DNA of 63,235 nt, from positions 1 through 63,235 of the forward strand of contig DASUGO010000103.1 of the NCBI GenBank assembly GCA_036273975.1, written 5' to 3'. The translations under genes and the position numbers were made by a program. This document shows positions 18,103 to 28,200 of this stretch, one piece after another. The stretch is from Candidatus Krumholzibacteriia bacterium (GTDB lineage Bacteria; Krumholzibacteriota; Krumholzibacteriia; WVZY01; JAKEHA01). The notes beneath the pieces were generated by a model that was given only the letters and a program-made list of their open reading frames with translations, was not told where the DNA came from and made no database searches. How positions within the stretch are numbered: position 1 is the stretch's first letter; each line of letters starts with the position of its first letter.

Positions 18103-21100
18103 CAGAAGTACGCCCTCGTTTCCAGACGGAATTCATGCTCGGTGACGCGGCGGCCGCTGAACACGCGCTCGTTGCGCCCCGAGTAGGTCGCGAATATCGA
18201 GATGACCCGCGAGATGCGCAGGTTCGGCGTGATGCTCCAGCGGTGGGAGCGTCCCTCGCGCGCGAACACGATCGGTTTGACCGCGGCGTCGCCCGCGTCC
18301 TGCACGCTGGCCAGCTCGTAGGTTCCGAACACGTTGATCTGCTCCGCGACCCGCCACACCAGCCGTGGGGTCAGGCGCAGCGTGGTCTGCTCGGCCCCGG
18401 AGTCCGAGTCCTTCGCCGACGACGCCTTGAGGTCGACGTCGAGCGTCGCACCCGGAACCAGGGTCACACCGACACCGGCCAGCGCGGACAGCCCGGCCAC
18501 GTCGTAGGCACTCCCGGTCCCGGCCGGAATTCCGTCACCCCCACGCCGCTCCACCTGACGCCCCGCCTCCACTGTCGCGGTGAGGCGCGCGGACAGGGAA
18601 CGCGACAGGCGCAGCGCGTGTTCGCCGTTGAACGAATTCTCGCGCACCCCTTCGAAGCGGTTGTCTTCGCGGTCCTCGCGCAAATACCGGTACACCAGCG
18701 ACACGTTCTTGTAACCATCCAGCAGCGACCAGTCCTGGCGCAGTGTGGTGGTTCCGAACACGGTGGTGCCGTCGCGCTGCAGCGCGGAAGGAAGCATCAG
18801 GTACACTTTCCACGCCGGGTCGTAGGTCGACTCCTCGCGCACGCCGAGCGTCTGGTCCAGCGAGACGTTGCGCAAGACCCAGCCCCCGAAGCCGGCGCCG
18901 CTGTGCTGCCGCGCCGAGGGCTTCCACACCAGCCGCAGGTTGAACCCCACCGAGTGCACCGGCGTCGAGTCCGTCGTGGGGAGAAACAGTACCGTGAAAT
19001 CTCCCTTGCCCTTGCCGACCGCTTCGCCCTGTTCGTTGTAGTCGCCCTTGCCCTCCCCGACGAACACCACCGAACGCTGCAGGGTGGCGACATCGTTCTG
19101 GCTGACCTCGTAGTCGGTGTCAAGGCGGAGTCCGATGGCGTCCCACGCGGTCGCCGCCTTGAGCCGTGCGAGGTCGGTGGTGTTGCGAGCGCCCGTGATC
19201 CGGTTGTCTTCGCGCCGGTGGATCAGCTGGGCCTCGATGCGCGTCGCGCCCGCGGAAGCGTACGTGACCAGTCCGCTCGTTGTGTTGTCGCGGCGCGTGT
19301 CCTTGAAGCGGTCGTCGAGCGGATCGACGTCACGCGTGTCGCGCTGCTCGGCGTCGAGCCGCCACGCCAGCCGCCCGCTTCCGCGCGAGGTCAGCCGCGC
19401 CCCCACCAGGTCGAACGCGCGCCCGCTGTCGGCCGCCGCCGTGTACGCATTGCGGTATTCCTCGCGCGTCACAATCGCGCCCGGAACCACGCGCCACACA
19501 CCGTAGCCGGCATCGACGCTCACGTGCCGGCGCGTGCGTTCGTTGCCGGTGCCGCTCATGTCCGACGACAATACGCGCGCCATGACCCCGCGCTCGGTGA
19601 GCCGTCCGGCGTTGAGCACCGCCTCGTGCTTGAGTCCGTCGAAGTCGTCGCGCTCGAGACGCGCCAGCGAATAGCGCAGACTGCCGAGATGGGTGCGCGC
19701 GACACTCGCGCCGAGTTCGCCGGTCACCTCGCGGCCGGTGAGCGCCACATCCTCGAGGTTCCAGTCGCGGTAGTAGTACCATGGCCGCGCGCGATCGAAA
19801 CTCGCGAAGCGCTCCTCGAGCACGCTGCCCGCGGCGGTGACGCCCGCGCGCCACGCCTCACCACGCTCGATGCCGATGCGCGCCTGCCCCGCGTGCCCGG
19901 TGTTGTCGCCGTCGTCCAGCGACGAGAAGCGGTTGCGGTCGAGGCGGCTCACGTTCCACTCGGCGTCGAAGGTGATATCGCCATCCGGCCGCCCCAGACG
20001 GGCCGTCGCCACCTCGCGCGTCTCCGGCAGCGGCAGCTCGCGTCCGACCACGTAGTTGCCCGAACCGCCGCCCACGAATTCGTAGTAGACCGTTCCGCGC
20101 GGCGAAAACCCGGCGCGCCGGTAGTCGCCCGCCCCGGCGGCCACCTCGACGAACGACACGATCAGGTTTCCGGTCACCTCGTCGAAGCGGTAGAACGCGG
20201 GCTGTCCGGAAAGCGTGTCGGCCGGCACCAGCACGTAGGTTCCCTTGCCGGGGTCCGTCGGCGACACACCGCCGGTAATCGCCTGCGACGCATCGTCCCC
20301 CGCCGCCGTGAGCACCGCGATGTCGTCCTTCGAGAACGTCACGCTCTTCGGGCGGTCCTTGTCGTCCGCCTCGCGCGCGACCACCAGCCCGAGACGCATC
20401 CCCGCCCCGACGTCGACGTCCTCGACGCCGGTCATCACCGTGGACCGGTCGTACTCCTCCGCCGTCACTTCGTAGTCGACCGCGATCTCGGTGTCGGTCG
20501 TAATCAAACGGCGCGGCGTGAACGTGATGGTCCCGGCGTCGTAGTCGATGATGTAGTCGCGATTCTGGCCGCGCTCGAGGCGCTGGCCATCGGCAAACAC
20601 GCGCTCGGTGCCGGCAATGATCACCTCGCGCGTGTTGCGCGCCTGCGACAGCAGCGGGTACGGCCCCTGCAGGCCGGTGGTCCCGCGAAACTCGCTGGTC
20701 CGGAACTGCCCCTTGGTCTCGGCCGCGGCCCCCACCACACGGCCGCGCCGTCCGAAGGCCGAGCCGCTGAAGCCGCGCAGCTGGCGCGTGAGCGGCGAAA
20801 AGGTGGACGTGTGGCTCTCGAGCGAAATGTCGCCCACCGCCGCGCGCGCATTGGGTCCCTCGACCTCCACGAACACGCGGTCGAAGTACTGCAGTTCCTC
20901 GGTGTTCCCCTCGGGCTGGATCGGGAGGTTGTTGTCCGACAGCAACGCGCGCACCTTGATGGTCGGCGTCAGGTTTCCCTCGACGCGCGCCTCGAGCGAC
21001 TGGTCGAGCGTCGACCCGCGGTTGCTGCCGGTCGAGAACGACACCGATTTCGTGCCGCCAAATACCAGATTCGGCGGCGGCGCGGCGGCCTCGCTCTCCG

Positions 21101-21452
21101 TGGCGACGACGCGCTCCGGCGGGGCCTCGACCGAATCCGGGCGCGTCACCTCGGCGGGACGCAGCGAGTAGACCGGCGACAGCAGAAACGGCTGGCGCCG
21201 GTAGTGGACGACCACGACCGTGCCGGGTGGAATATCGATGCGGAAACGAATCGTGCCGAGGTGGAGATTGACCTGGTAAACGTCCGGCGTCATCGTGACG
21301 CCGTCGAACTCGACGCGCACGCTGCCCGGCGCGATGAATGGCGAGCTCAGCGTGATACGCGCGCCCGGCTCGACGGCGCGTAGCGTGTCGGCCACCACAC
21401 CCCACTCCACGGTATCCGCGCGGGGGGCCCCGGGGCCCGCGAGTGCCGCCAC
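18102..21452 (-). CDS. very large (at least 1116 aa) uncharacterised protein with a beta-barrel-type C-terminus; family unknown
   Basis: Long ORF with coherent codon usage. The C-terminal half is rich in alternating-hydrophobic strands and ends ...EFRLETRAYF. The first canonical start (GTG 21452) leaves no signal peptide. A signal-peptide-like stretch lies just upstream in frame (see findings). Confidence 0.7.
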   Translation of the reverse strand: MAALAGPGAPRADTVEWGVVADTLRAVEPGARITLSSPFIAPGSVRVEFDGVTMTPDVYQVNLHLGTIRFRIDIPPGTVVVVHYRRQPFLLSPVYSLRPAEVTRPDSVEAPPERVVATESEAAAPPPNLVFGGTKSVSFSTGSNRGSTLDQSLEARVEGNLTPTIKVRALLSDNNLPIQPEGNTEELQYFDRVFVEVEGPNARAAVGDISLESHTSTFSPLTRQLRGFSGSAFGRRGRVVGAAAETKGQFRTSEFRGTTGLQGPYPLLSQARNTREVIIAGTERVFADGQRLERGQNRDYIIDYDAGTITFTPRRLITTDTEIAVDYEVTAEEYDRSTVMTGVEDVDVGAGMRLGLVVAREADDKDRPKSVTFSKDDIAVLTAAGDDASQAITGGVSPTDPGKGTYVLVPADTLSGQPAFYRFDEVTGNLIVSFVEVAAGAGDYRRAGFSPRGTVYYEFVGGGSGNYVVGRELPLPETREVATARLGRPDGDITFDAEWNVSRLDRNRFSSLDDGDNTGHAGQARIGIERGEAWRAGVTAAGSVLEERFASFDRARPWYYYRDWNLEDVALTGREVTGELGASVARTHLGSLRYSLARLERDDFDGLKHEAVLNAGRLTERGVMARVLSSDMSGTGNERTRRHVSVDAGYGVWRVVPGAIVTREEYRNAYTAAADSGRAFDLVGARLTSRGSGRLAWRLDAEQRDTRDVDPLDDRFKDTRRDNTTSGLVTYASAGATRIEAQLIHRREDNRITGARNTTDLARLKAATAWDAIGLRLDTDYEVSQNDVATLQRSVVFVGEGKGDYNEQGEAVGKGKGDFTVLFLPTTDSTPVHSVGFNLRLVWKPSARQHSGAGFGGWVLRNVSLDQTLGVREESTYDPAWKVYLMLPSALQRDGTTVFGTTTLRQDWSLLDGYKNVSLVYRYLREDREDNRFEGVRENSFNGEHALRLSRSLSARLTATVEAGRQVERRGGDGIPAGTGSAYDVAGLSALAGVGVTLVPGATLDVDLKASSAKDSDSGAEQTTLRLTPRLVWRVAEQINVFGTYELASVQDAGDAAVKPIVFAREGRSHRWSITPNLRISRVISIFATYSGRNERVFSGRRVTEHEFRLETRAYF

Positions 21453-21516
21453 CGCCGCGGCACCGGCAAGCAGGACGGCGAGCAGGGGCCGGTACTGCGC
21501 GCGTATTCCGCGGATG

Positions 21517-22455
21517 TTACATCACCTTGAATGCGCGTACGGTCTTGGTTGCAGCGTCGGCAATGTAGAGGCGCCCGTCGGGTCCCAGCGCGACGTCGGC
21601 CGGGCGAAACGCGGCCGCCGCGTCCGCCACCAGCGCGCGGATCGACGCCCCGTCGGCGGCGAGCACGAACACACACCCCGCCACCGGATCGGCCGCGTAG
21701 ATGGTCCCATCCTCGGCCGCGACCGCGCGCCGCGGGCGGCGCATCGGATTCTCCACACCCGGCGCCGGCAGCGTGCGCCGGTGCGCGCCGGCGTCGCTGA
21801 AGATCTGCAGACGGCCGTTGCCGGTATCGGCCACCAGCAGGTCGCCGCGCGGCGTGAACGACACCCCCTCGGGCGTATCGAGCTGCCCGTCGAAGGACCC
21901 GTAGTTTCCAAACGACACGTCGGCGTTGAGATACGTGTCGAGCACGATCACCCGGTGGTTCTCGACGTCGGTGATCGCGAGGCGGCCCGACGCGTCGACG
22001 TCAAGCCCGTAGGGCGAGATGCGGCGGCCGGTGCCGAGGTCTTCGAAGTTCAACAGCACGTCGCGGTAGGACCCGCTGGAATCCCAGCGCAAGAGCATGC
22101 GGTCGGTCTCGTCGATCGCGTAGACGAAGAAGCCGCGGATGGAGACATCGGACGGGCGGAATGCGGGGCGCCCGGCGGGTTGTTCGAATTCCTGACAGCG
22201 TCCGTCACCCAGGTACGCGATCAGCCGCGACGGCGAACCGTCCGCCACGATCACGGCACCGCCGAAGTCGACGCACACCCCCACCGGGTCACCGGTGGCG
22301 AGGCGCGCGCATGGATTCCAGGAGTCGTCGAGCGCGAGGACGCCCGCCGCGGCCTGAACCGCGGACGGCGCCAAGTCCTGCGCGGGCGCGCACGCCACGG
22401 CGATCAGCAGCAGGGCGGCGATCAGATGCAAGCGGCGCGAGCGCATGGGTCCCAC
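21517..22455 (-). CDS. NHL-repeat beta-propeller protein, secreted or lipoprotein
   Basis: 312 aa. The signal peptide is RRLHLIAALLLIAVACAP. NHL-like blades repeat (PYGLDVDASGRLAITDVENHRVIVL; PEGVSFTPRGDLLVADTGNGRLQIF; PADVALGPDGRLYIAD). Confidence 0.75.
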   Translation of the reverse strand: MGPMRSRRLHLIAALLLIAVACAPAQDLAPSAVQAAAGVLALDDSWNPCARLATGDPVGVCVDFGGAVIVADGSPSRLIAYLGDGRCQEFEQPAGRPAFRPSDVSIRGFFVYAIDETDRMLLRWDSSGSYRDVLLNFEDLGTGRRISPYGLDVDASGRLAITDVENHRVIVLDTYLNADVSFGNYGSFDGQLDTPEGVSFTPRGDLLVADTGNGRLQIFSDAGAHRRTLPAPGVENPMRRPRRAVAAEDGTIYAADPVAGCVFVLAADGASIRALVADAAAAFRPADVALGPDGRLYIADAATKTVRAFKVM

Positions 22456-22482
22456 TCAGCCCTTTCCGGTGCGCGCGGCGGG

Positions 22483-23250
22483 TCAGAACGAACGCGTCAG
22501 CGTAAACGTGACGTCGAGACCGGCGCGGGCCGGTGACACTTCCAGACGATAGCCGAGATCCGACTGCTGGTTTGCGGCGCGCGCCGATGCAAACGCCACG
22601 ATCGCGCTCGCCACGCGATTGGCCGCGGCCGCGGCCAGCATGTAATCCGCGCGCCGGTACGCGGTCTTGCTCGAAGAGCGGACCTCGGAATACTGCAGGC
22701 GGTAGTCGTTGGATTCCCACTGCCACGGCACGTAGTCCTCGAGGCGATTCTCGATGAAGTACTGCTCCATCTGGTCCGCGGTCAGCACCTGGCGCAGGTC
22801 GTAACGGCCGTCGTCCTTGATGTCCGCTTCGTAGACGTTCGAGTTGTCGTACTCGCGCAGCGTCGCATAAAAGTCGTCGGAGTGGCCGGTGCGGTCGACA
22901 CCGGCAAAGCGGACCGCCATCTGCTGGTACTCGTCCTCGCGGCCGCTCCCCTGCTGCTTGAACACCACGTAGGAGATCCAGATACCACCCTCGATCGCGA
23001 AGAACATCGACGCGCGCTCTTTGTGTCCCAGTTGATAGTCGCCCAGCCCCGGGAGCAGCAACGAGTACAGCACGGCCTTCCCCGGCGAGATCGGCTCCGC
23101 CGCCTCACCAACACCACCGTCGTATTCCCACGCACTCGACGGACCCGCGGCGGCCGGCACCGACGCGGCGTCGCGCAACGAGGGCGTCTCCGCGCGCACA
23201 GTCAGCGGCAGCAAGAGGATAATCAGGCCGGCCAGCGTGCCACGCATCAT
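22483..23250 (-). CDS. uncharacterised envelope protein, paralog B (LYSLLxPGxG motif)
   Basis: 255 aa. It has the signal peptide MMRGTLAGLIILLLPLTVRA and the motif AVLYSLLLPGLGDYQLG followed by a hydrophobic helix. It ends ...DVTFTLTRSF. An ATGA overlap (23247-23250) joins it to paralog A. Confidence 0.65.
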   Translation of the reverse strand: MMRGTLAGLIILLLPLTVRAETPSLRDAASVPAAAGPSSAWEYDGGVGEAAEPISPGKAVLYSLLLPGLGDYQLGHKERASMFFAIEGGIWISYVVFKQQGSGREDEYQQMAVRFAGVDRTGHSDDFYATLREYDNSNVYEADIKDDGRYDLRQVLTADQMEQYFIENRLEDYVPWQWESNDYRLQYSEVRSSSKTAYRRADYMLAAAAANRVASAIVAFASARAANQQSDLGYRLEVSPARAGLDVTFTLTRSF

Positions 23251-24131
23251 CGGAAGTTCACCTCGAGCGCCAGTTCGCCGCCGTCAAAGCCACGCGGCCG
23301 CGCGCGCAGCGCCATCCCCGAGCCGTCGCCAGCCGGTTCACCGGCGCGGCGGTTGTGGACGATGATCGCGGTCTCGGCCAGTGAGAACGCGCGCGCCACC
23401 ACGCTGACCCATACGAACGCGCTCGCGTTGTCGAGCGAGTCGTTGCTCTCCTTGCGCATCGCGCGATACTGGTCGCGCAGTGCGGTATCCATCGGGTACG
23501 GGTCGACCGGGTCCCAGTCCGACCAGCCGGAAATGTACCAGTCGTACTTGCCGAGATTCTCGTAGTAGTGCTGCTTGTCGTCCGACTTGGCGACATATGG
23601 AATGTAACCCGGCCATGCGCCACTGCCCGACGACGCCTGCCCGCACAGTTCGAGGTTCTCGAGCGTGCGCTGGCCATCGCCGTACTGCTCGACGTTGCAC
23701 GGGTGCTCCTGGATCCACTTGTCCATGTCCCAGTGCTCGTCGGCGAAGGCCTCGTACGCGGCGCGCTGGTCGAGCCCATCGTTGTGCTTCACGTAGTAGC
23801 CCGACCACGCGGCGATTTCCACCGCCACCAGCGCGATGCCGCGCCCGTAATACCCCATCGAGATCTCACCCGCGCCCGGGACGAGCAGCGAGTACAGGAC
23901 CGGCAGGTAACTCTGCTGTTGCGGCGCGCCGACGTCTCCGGTCAGCGCCGGATCGAACGCGAACGGGCGCGGGTTCCGCGGCGCGGCGATTTCCGGGCGC
24001 GCCGCCATGTCGCTGGACGGATACGAGGCCGCCGCCAGCGGCACGAAATCCGCGGGCGGCGAGGCATGGGCCGGGGCCGCGCCCACGCCGGCGAGCACGG
24101 CCAGGGCAGCAAGGGCGTTGGGTACACGCAT
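23247..24131 (-). CDS. uncharacterised envelope protein, paralog A (LYSLLxPGxG motif)
   Basis: The track ORF starts at 24197. ATG at 24131 has GGAGG 9 nt upstream and gives the signal peptide MRVPNALAALAVLAGVGAAPAHA. It carries the motif PVLYSLLVPGAGEISMG. Confidence 0.65.
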   Translation of the reverse strand: MRVPNALAALAVLAGVGAAPAHASPPADFVPLAAASYPSSDMAARPEIAAPRNPRPFAFDPALTGDVGAPQQQSYLPVLYSLLVPGAGEISMGYYGRGIALVAVEIAAWSGYYVKHNDGLDQRAAYEAFADEHWDMDKWIQEHPCNVEQYGDGQRTLENLELCGQASSGSGAWPGYIPYVAKSDDKQHYYENLGKYDWYISGWSDWDPVDPYPMDTALRDQYRAMRKESNDSLDNASAFVWVSVVARAFSLAETAIIVHNRRAGEPAGDGSGMALRARPRGFDGGELALEVNFR

Positions 24132-24214
24132 CAGTCGAAGCCTCCGAATGGGCGCCGGGGGCGTGGAATGCTCCCGGCGCCGGACAGGTTCGCTCAATCA
24201 GGGGGACACAGGGG

Positions 24215-25207
24215 CTAGAACGTAAAGTACAACGACCAGCGATGCACACGCTCGAGCGTCTGCGCCTGCGGGACGTTGGCGTAGTCGAGGGACAACTTGT
24301 CCTTATAAATGAATCCGAGTCCGTACGTCGCGTCCTTGAAGTCGCCGTCCTGGTCGTACACGTAGCCGACGCGGCCGGCGAGCAGGTTGACGTAGCGATA
24401 CTCCGCTCCGACGTGCCAGACCTCGCTCCGCCGCTGCTCGATGTCGCTGTCGATCAGCCACACCAGGCTCTGCTCGACGTCGAGCGTCAAGAGGAGGTTG
24501 CTGATCTCGTCCGCGATGGGTGTGTAGGCGGCACCCACGCGCGCGGTGAACGGCAGCGGGTCGCTCTGCTCCTGGTCGATGAACGCGATGTTCGGCCCCA
24601 TGTTGGTCAGGGAGAGACCGATGTTCACGCGCTGATTCGGAAACTTGTACAGGCCGCCGAGGTCGACGGCAAAGCTGGTGCCGGCGCCTTCGACGTTGTC
24701 CTGCGTCACATCCGCAGGCGCGTAGTCCACGCGGATGAACTTCATCGTGATGCCCGCGCCCATGTTCTCGCCCAGCTGCATCGCGAAGGAAGCGTTCAAC
24801 GCCCCCTCCCAGCTGGTGAACGGACGCAGGATACCGCCCTGCGAATCGGTGGCGATGCTCTCGCCGTAGGTGAGGTAGATGAGGCTGGCCGACCACACGC
24901 CGACGTCACCGGCCGGACTCGAGTACCCGAGATACTCGTAGTACACGTCCGACACGAGGTCCGGCACGAGCTGGCTGTGCATGAATGCCAGGTTGCGATT
25001 CTTCGTGAACGCGAGACCACCGGCGTTCCACCAGCCCGCGGTGGCGTCGTCGGCGACGGCCACGTAGGCCTCACCCATGCCGTTCGGGCGCGCGCCCGGC
25101 GGGATGGTGAGGGATGGGACACCGGCCTCGGCCTGTGCGAAGGCGTTGGAGTGAACCCCCAGGATCAGGACCGCGAACACGCCACCCAGTAGTTTCCGAA
25201 ACGTCAT
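24215..25207 (-). CDS. porV: PorV/PorQ-family type IX secretion outer-membrane beta-barrel
   Basis: 330 aa. Signal peptide LILGVHSNAFAQA. N-terminal signature PGARPNGMGEAYVAVADDATAGWWNAGGLAF (pattern aR..GMG...vA..Da.a.wNpagla). Ends ...WSLYFTF. It lies directly downstream of the PorU-like gene. Confidence 0.75.
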   Translation of the reverse strand: MTFRKLLGGVFAVLILGVHSNAFAQAEAGVPSLTIPPGARPNGMGEAYVAVADDATAGWWNAGGLAFTKNRNLAFMHSQLVPDLVSDVYYEYLGYSSPAGDVGVWSASLIYLTYGESIATDSQGGILRPFTSWEGALNASFAMQLGENMGAGITMKFIRVDYAPADVTQDNVEGAGTSFAVDLGGLYKFPNQRVNIGLSLTNMGPNIAFIDQEQSDPLPFTARVGAAYTPIADEISNLLLTLDVEQSLVWLIDSDIEQRRSEVWHVGAEYRYVNLLAGRVGYVYDQDGDFKDATYGLGFIYKDKLSLDYANVPQAQTLERVHRWSLYFTF

Positions 25208-25230
25208 GTAATCCTCCTAACCGACAGACG

Positions 25231-25260
25231 ATACTAATGCTTGGACACCCGCCCGGTCAA
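25231..25260 (-). promoter_or_regulatory. possible internal promoter TTGACC-N18-TAGTAT ahead of porV
   Basis: Minus-strand motif in the 65-nt porU-porV gap. AGGAGG lies 5 nt before the porV ATG. Confidence 0.3.
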
Positions 25261-25272
25261 GCCGAGGCTCCG

Positions 25273-28200
25273 CTAGCGGATCCGGGTCAGCTTGCCGCGC
25301 AGGACCGTCGGGGGCCGGTCCAGTCCCACAAAATCAACCGTCGCGACATACAGATAGCTCCCATTGGCGATATCATCACCCACCGCATCCCGCCCATCCC
25401 ACTCGACCCAGACTTCGCCGCCGTCGCGGACCTGCTGGATCCGCCGCACCCGTTTGCCGGACACGGTGTAGATCTCCAGCGTGATCTCGGCCCGGTTCGA
25501 AATTCGAAACAGGAACTGCGTCGATGTCTGGAACGGATTCGGGTAGTTCATGACGGCCTGCGCGTAGTAGTCGAGCGGGTCCGTCACGTCGAAGAGCAAC
25601 GTGTCGAGTGCCGTAGAACCAAAACTGTCGCTCACCTTGTAAACCAGACGGTGCTTCCCCACCGGAAGATCGGGCAGCGGGAACAGCAACACACCGGACG
25701 TGTCCGTGCCGCCATGTTCGAACGAGAAGAACTCGTTGACGCCGATGGGAACCGGCAGGTTGTCGATCAGGATCGCCTGCCGGCCCTCGTTGGTCGTGTC
25801 GAGGATGTTGATGCCGTCCTGGTCGCGGACCCGCGCCTGCACGGTGTCACCCGGCTTCACCGTCTTCAGCCCGCTCTTGAAGCCGAGGTCGACGCGCGGC
25901 GCGCCGTCCAGCTGGCGCAGCGCCAGCGAGTCGGCCAGCGTCGGCGCGACGACCACGAGCACGCTGTCCATCGCGGCGACCGCGTCGGACTTGCCGGCGC
26001 TCGCGTAGGCGGACGCCGACGCGCGTTCTCCCGTTGCCGCCAGACGCGGAACGCGGAAGCTGATCTCGAAGGCGCCATTGGTCACGTCCGCGCTGCCCTG
26101 GTAGATCACGCCCCCCGGGACGTCGTAGTAGAGCTTCGCACTGCCGCAGCGGAGGTCGTACTCGCGCGCGACCTGCGGCTCGCGCACCGTCACGTCGACG
26201 ACGCCGTTGAACGCGGTATCGGGCGCCCCGTTCTTGTAGACCTTCCCGCTCAGCACGCGGCGCGCGCCGGCCACCAGCGTATCGCCGGTGGCGGGAGAAT
26301 CGAAGTGTACCGGCTGACGCCCGGTCTGCAGGACCAGCGCGGGATCGCCGAGCAGGTTGTACTTGAAGTTGTTCTCCTCCTGGAACGGCACAAAGCTCGC
26401 CGCCGCGACGGCCGCGATTTTTGCGCGCTGCAGGCCGACGCCGACCGGTGTCAGCGCGCCCTCCGGCGAGCGCGGCATCAGCACGTCGAACAGCGCGAAG
26501 TCCACCAGCTTGTTCGGACCGGGGTACGTCTCCTGCGACGCGGTGATCGTCGCGATGGAGCCGCCCTCCTCGCGCAGCACCAGCCGCTCGGAGAGGCTCT
26601 TGCCGGCCGGGTTGGCGAAATCACCGACGGTGCAGCTGAACGCCATCAGGACGGGCAGACGCAGCCCGTTGTTCAGCTGGCTGACGTCGGACACCACAAA
26701 CACCTGTTCATCGGCCATCTGCTGCGAACTCCCGTGGCCGATGTAGTTGATCAACAACGCGCCGCGGTTCCAGGCATCGAGCAGGTCGAGACGCGAGAGC
26801 GGCTTGACCGTACCGATCTGCGGATACTCGGTGAGGTAGACCTTCTGCACGGACAGATACTCCGCCGCATGCTGGCGCACGATCGTTTCGGACTCATCCG
26901 TCCACTCGGTCTCGCACGCGGTCTTGAACGACGACAGCTCGTCGTCCGCGACCACCACGATCTCGCTTCGCCACGGCTCGCGCGTTGCCGTGTTCTCGTA
27001 TGCGATGACCTTGTTGACCAGCATCCGGCCCTCGTCGGCGGTCTCGGCCGGCATGCGCCCGATGGCCACGTCGAGGACGCCCTTCCCCGATATCTGATCG
27101 CTCGCGTCGAGTTGTCCGTACCACTCGTCGGTCGCCATCGTGTAGAGGGTGATGCGCGTAAAGTACAGGTTGGTCGGCACCAGGTCCGGCTGCTGGCTCG
27201 CGTTGTTGCGGAAGTCCACCGTCGCGTCGCCGAACAGCACCACGTAGCCGAGACGCGGATTGCCGTTGCCGTCCACCGAGTTCTCGTACAGGAACTTGAT
27301 GTAGTTGCGGATCGCCATCGGATCCGGAAGACCGCCCGAGAAGTTGTCGAAGATCTCCTCGGTCGTCACCACCTTCACCGACGGACTCGTGTAGAGCGGC
27401 AGGCGCCCGCTGCGATACGTCCGCAACTGCTCCGCCGCGGAGCGCAGATCCTTGTGGCAGATGATCAGCATGTTGGGGCCGGCCGGATCGTTGCGCAGGT
27501 CCGGCGGTGTGATCCGCGTGAGCGCGGGCGTCAGGAACCCGCCCGCGGTGCTGACCCAGTAGTGCCGGTGCCCGCCGGAGAGCGCGGCGGAAAAGCGCGC
27601 GCGGCGCCCGTTCCCCTGCGCGGCCACGTCGAGGCCCGTGAGCCCGGCGGGATTCCAGGGGTCGGTGACATCGAACGCGTACACGGTGCCCTGGGCGCCA
27701 AATCCGGCCGCGCGGAACGTCAGCGTGCCGGTGGTATCCGGCGAGGAGAACCCGACCGCGTCGGAGATGGCCCGAATCCGGCGCTCGTACCCCAGTGAGT
27801 ACCACGCGAAGTACATCTTGTCCTTGCGGTTGAAATCTCCCGGGACGCGCAGGTAGAACCGGTTCGATCCCTCGCGCAGGAAATTCGCGCGCAGGCGAAA
27901 CGGCACCCCGTTCTCGAAGAAGCGCTCTCCGGGCTGCGCATCCCAGATCAGATCGCCCACCGTCGACAGCGTCGTGGCATTGCCGTAGCGCACCAGGTAC
28001 GTCGCGTGGTGGCCGGTGTTGATCGTCGTCGTGTCTTCCGACGACCCGTAGCGCGCGAGCCCGACGGTGCGGAACTCCATCGGCACCGACGCCACGATGT
28101 CGCGCACGTCGACGGTGCCGAGGTCATAGAGGTTGTTGCCGGGGCGTGGCACGTCCACCCACAGCCACCCGTCGCCGCGGTAGTCGAAGTCGCTGAACAG

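Noticed and set aside
14890-21383. Two plus-strand ORFs of more than 1000 aa (14890-18186 and 18000-21383)
   Set aside because: They are antisense shadows of hutH, the Omp85 gene and the 1116-aa gene. They contain no recognisable domains and have a biased R/A/G/H/D composition.
16363-21452. TamA/TamB pair or a two-partner secretion (TpsB/TpsA) pair
   Set aside because: The large protein is encoded upstream of the Omp85 gene. It ends in a barrel-type ...RAYF signal rather than a DUF490-like tail. It shows no N-terminal TPS (NPNL/NPNGI) motif and no TamB-type signal anchor. I therefore keep it as unknown.
25114-27798. 894-aa plus-strand ORF
   Set aside because: It is antisense to the PorU-like C25 peptidase gene. 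Its composition is low complexity.
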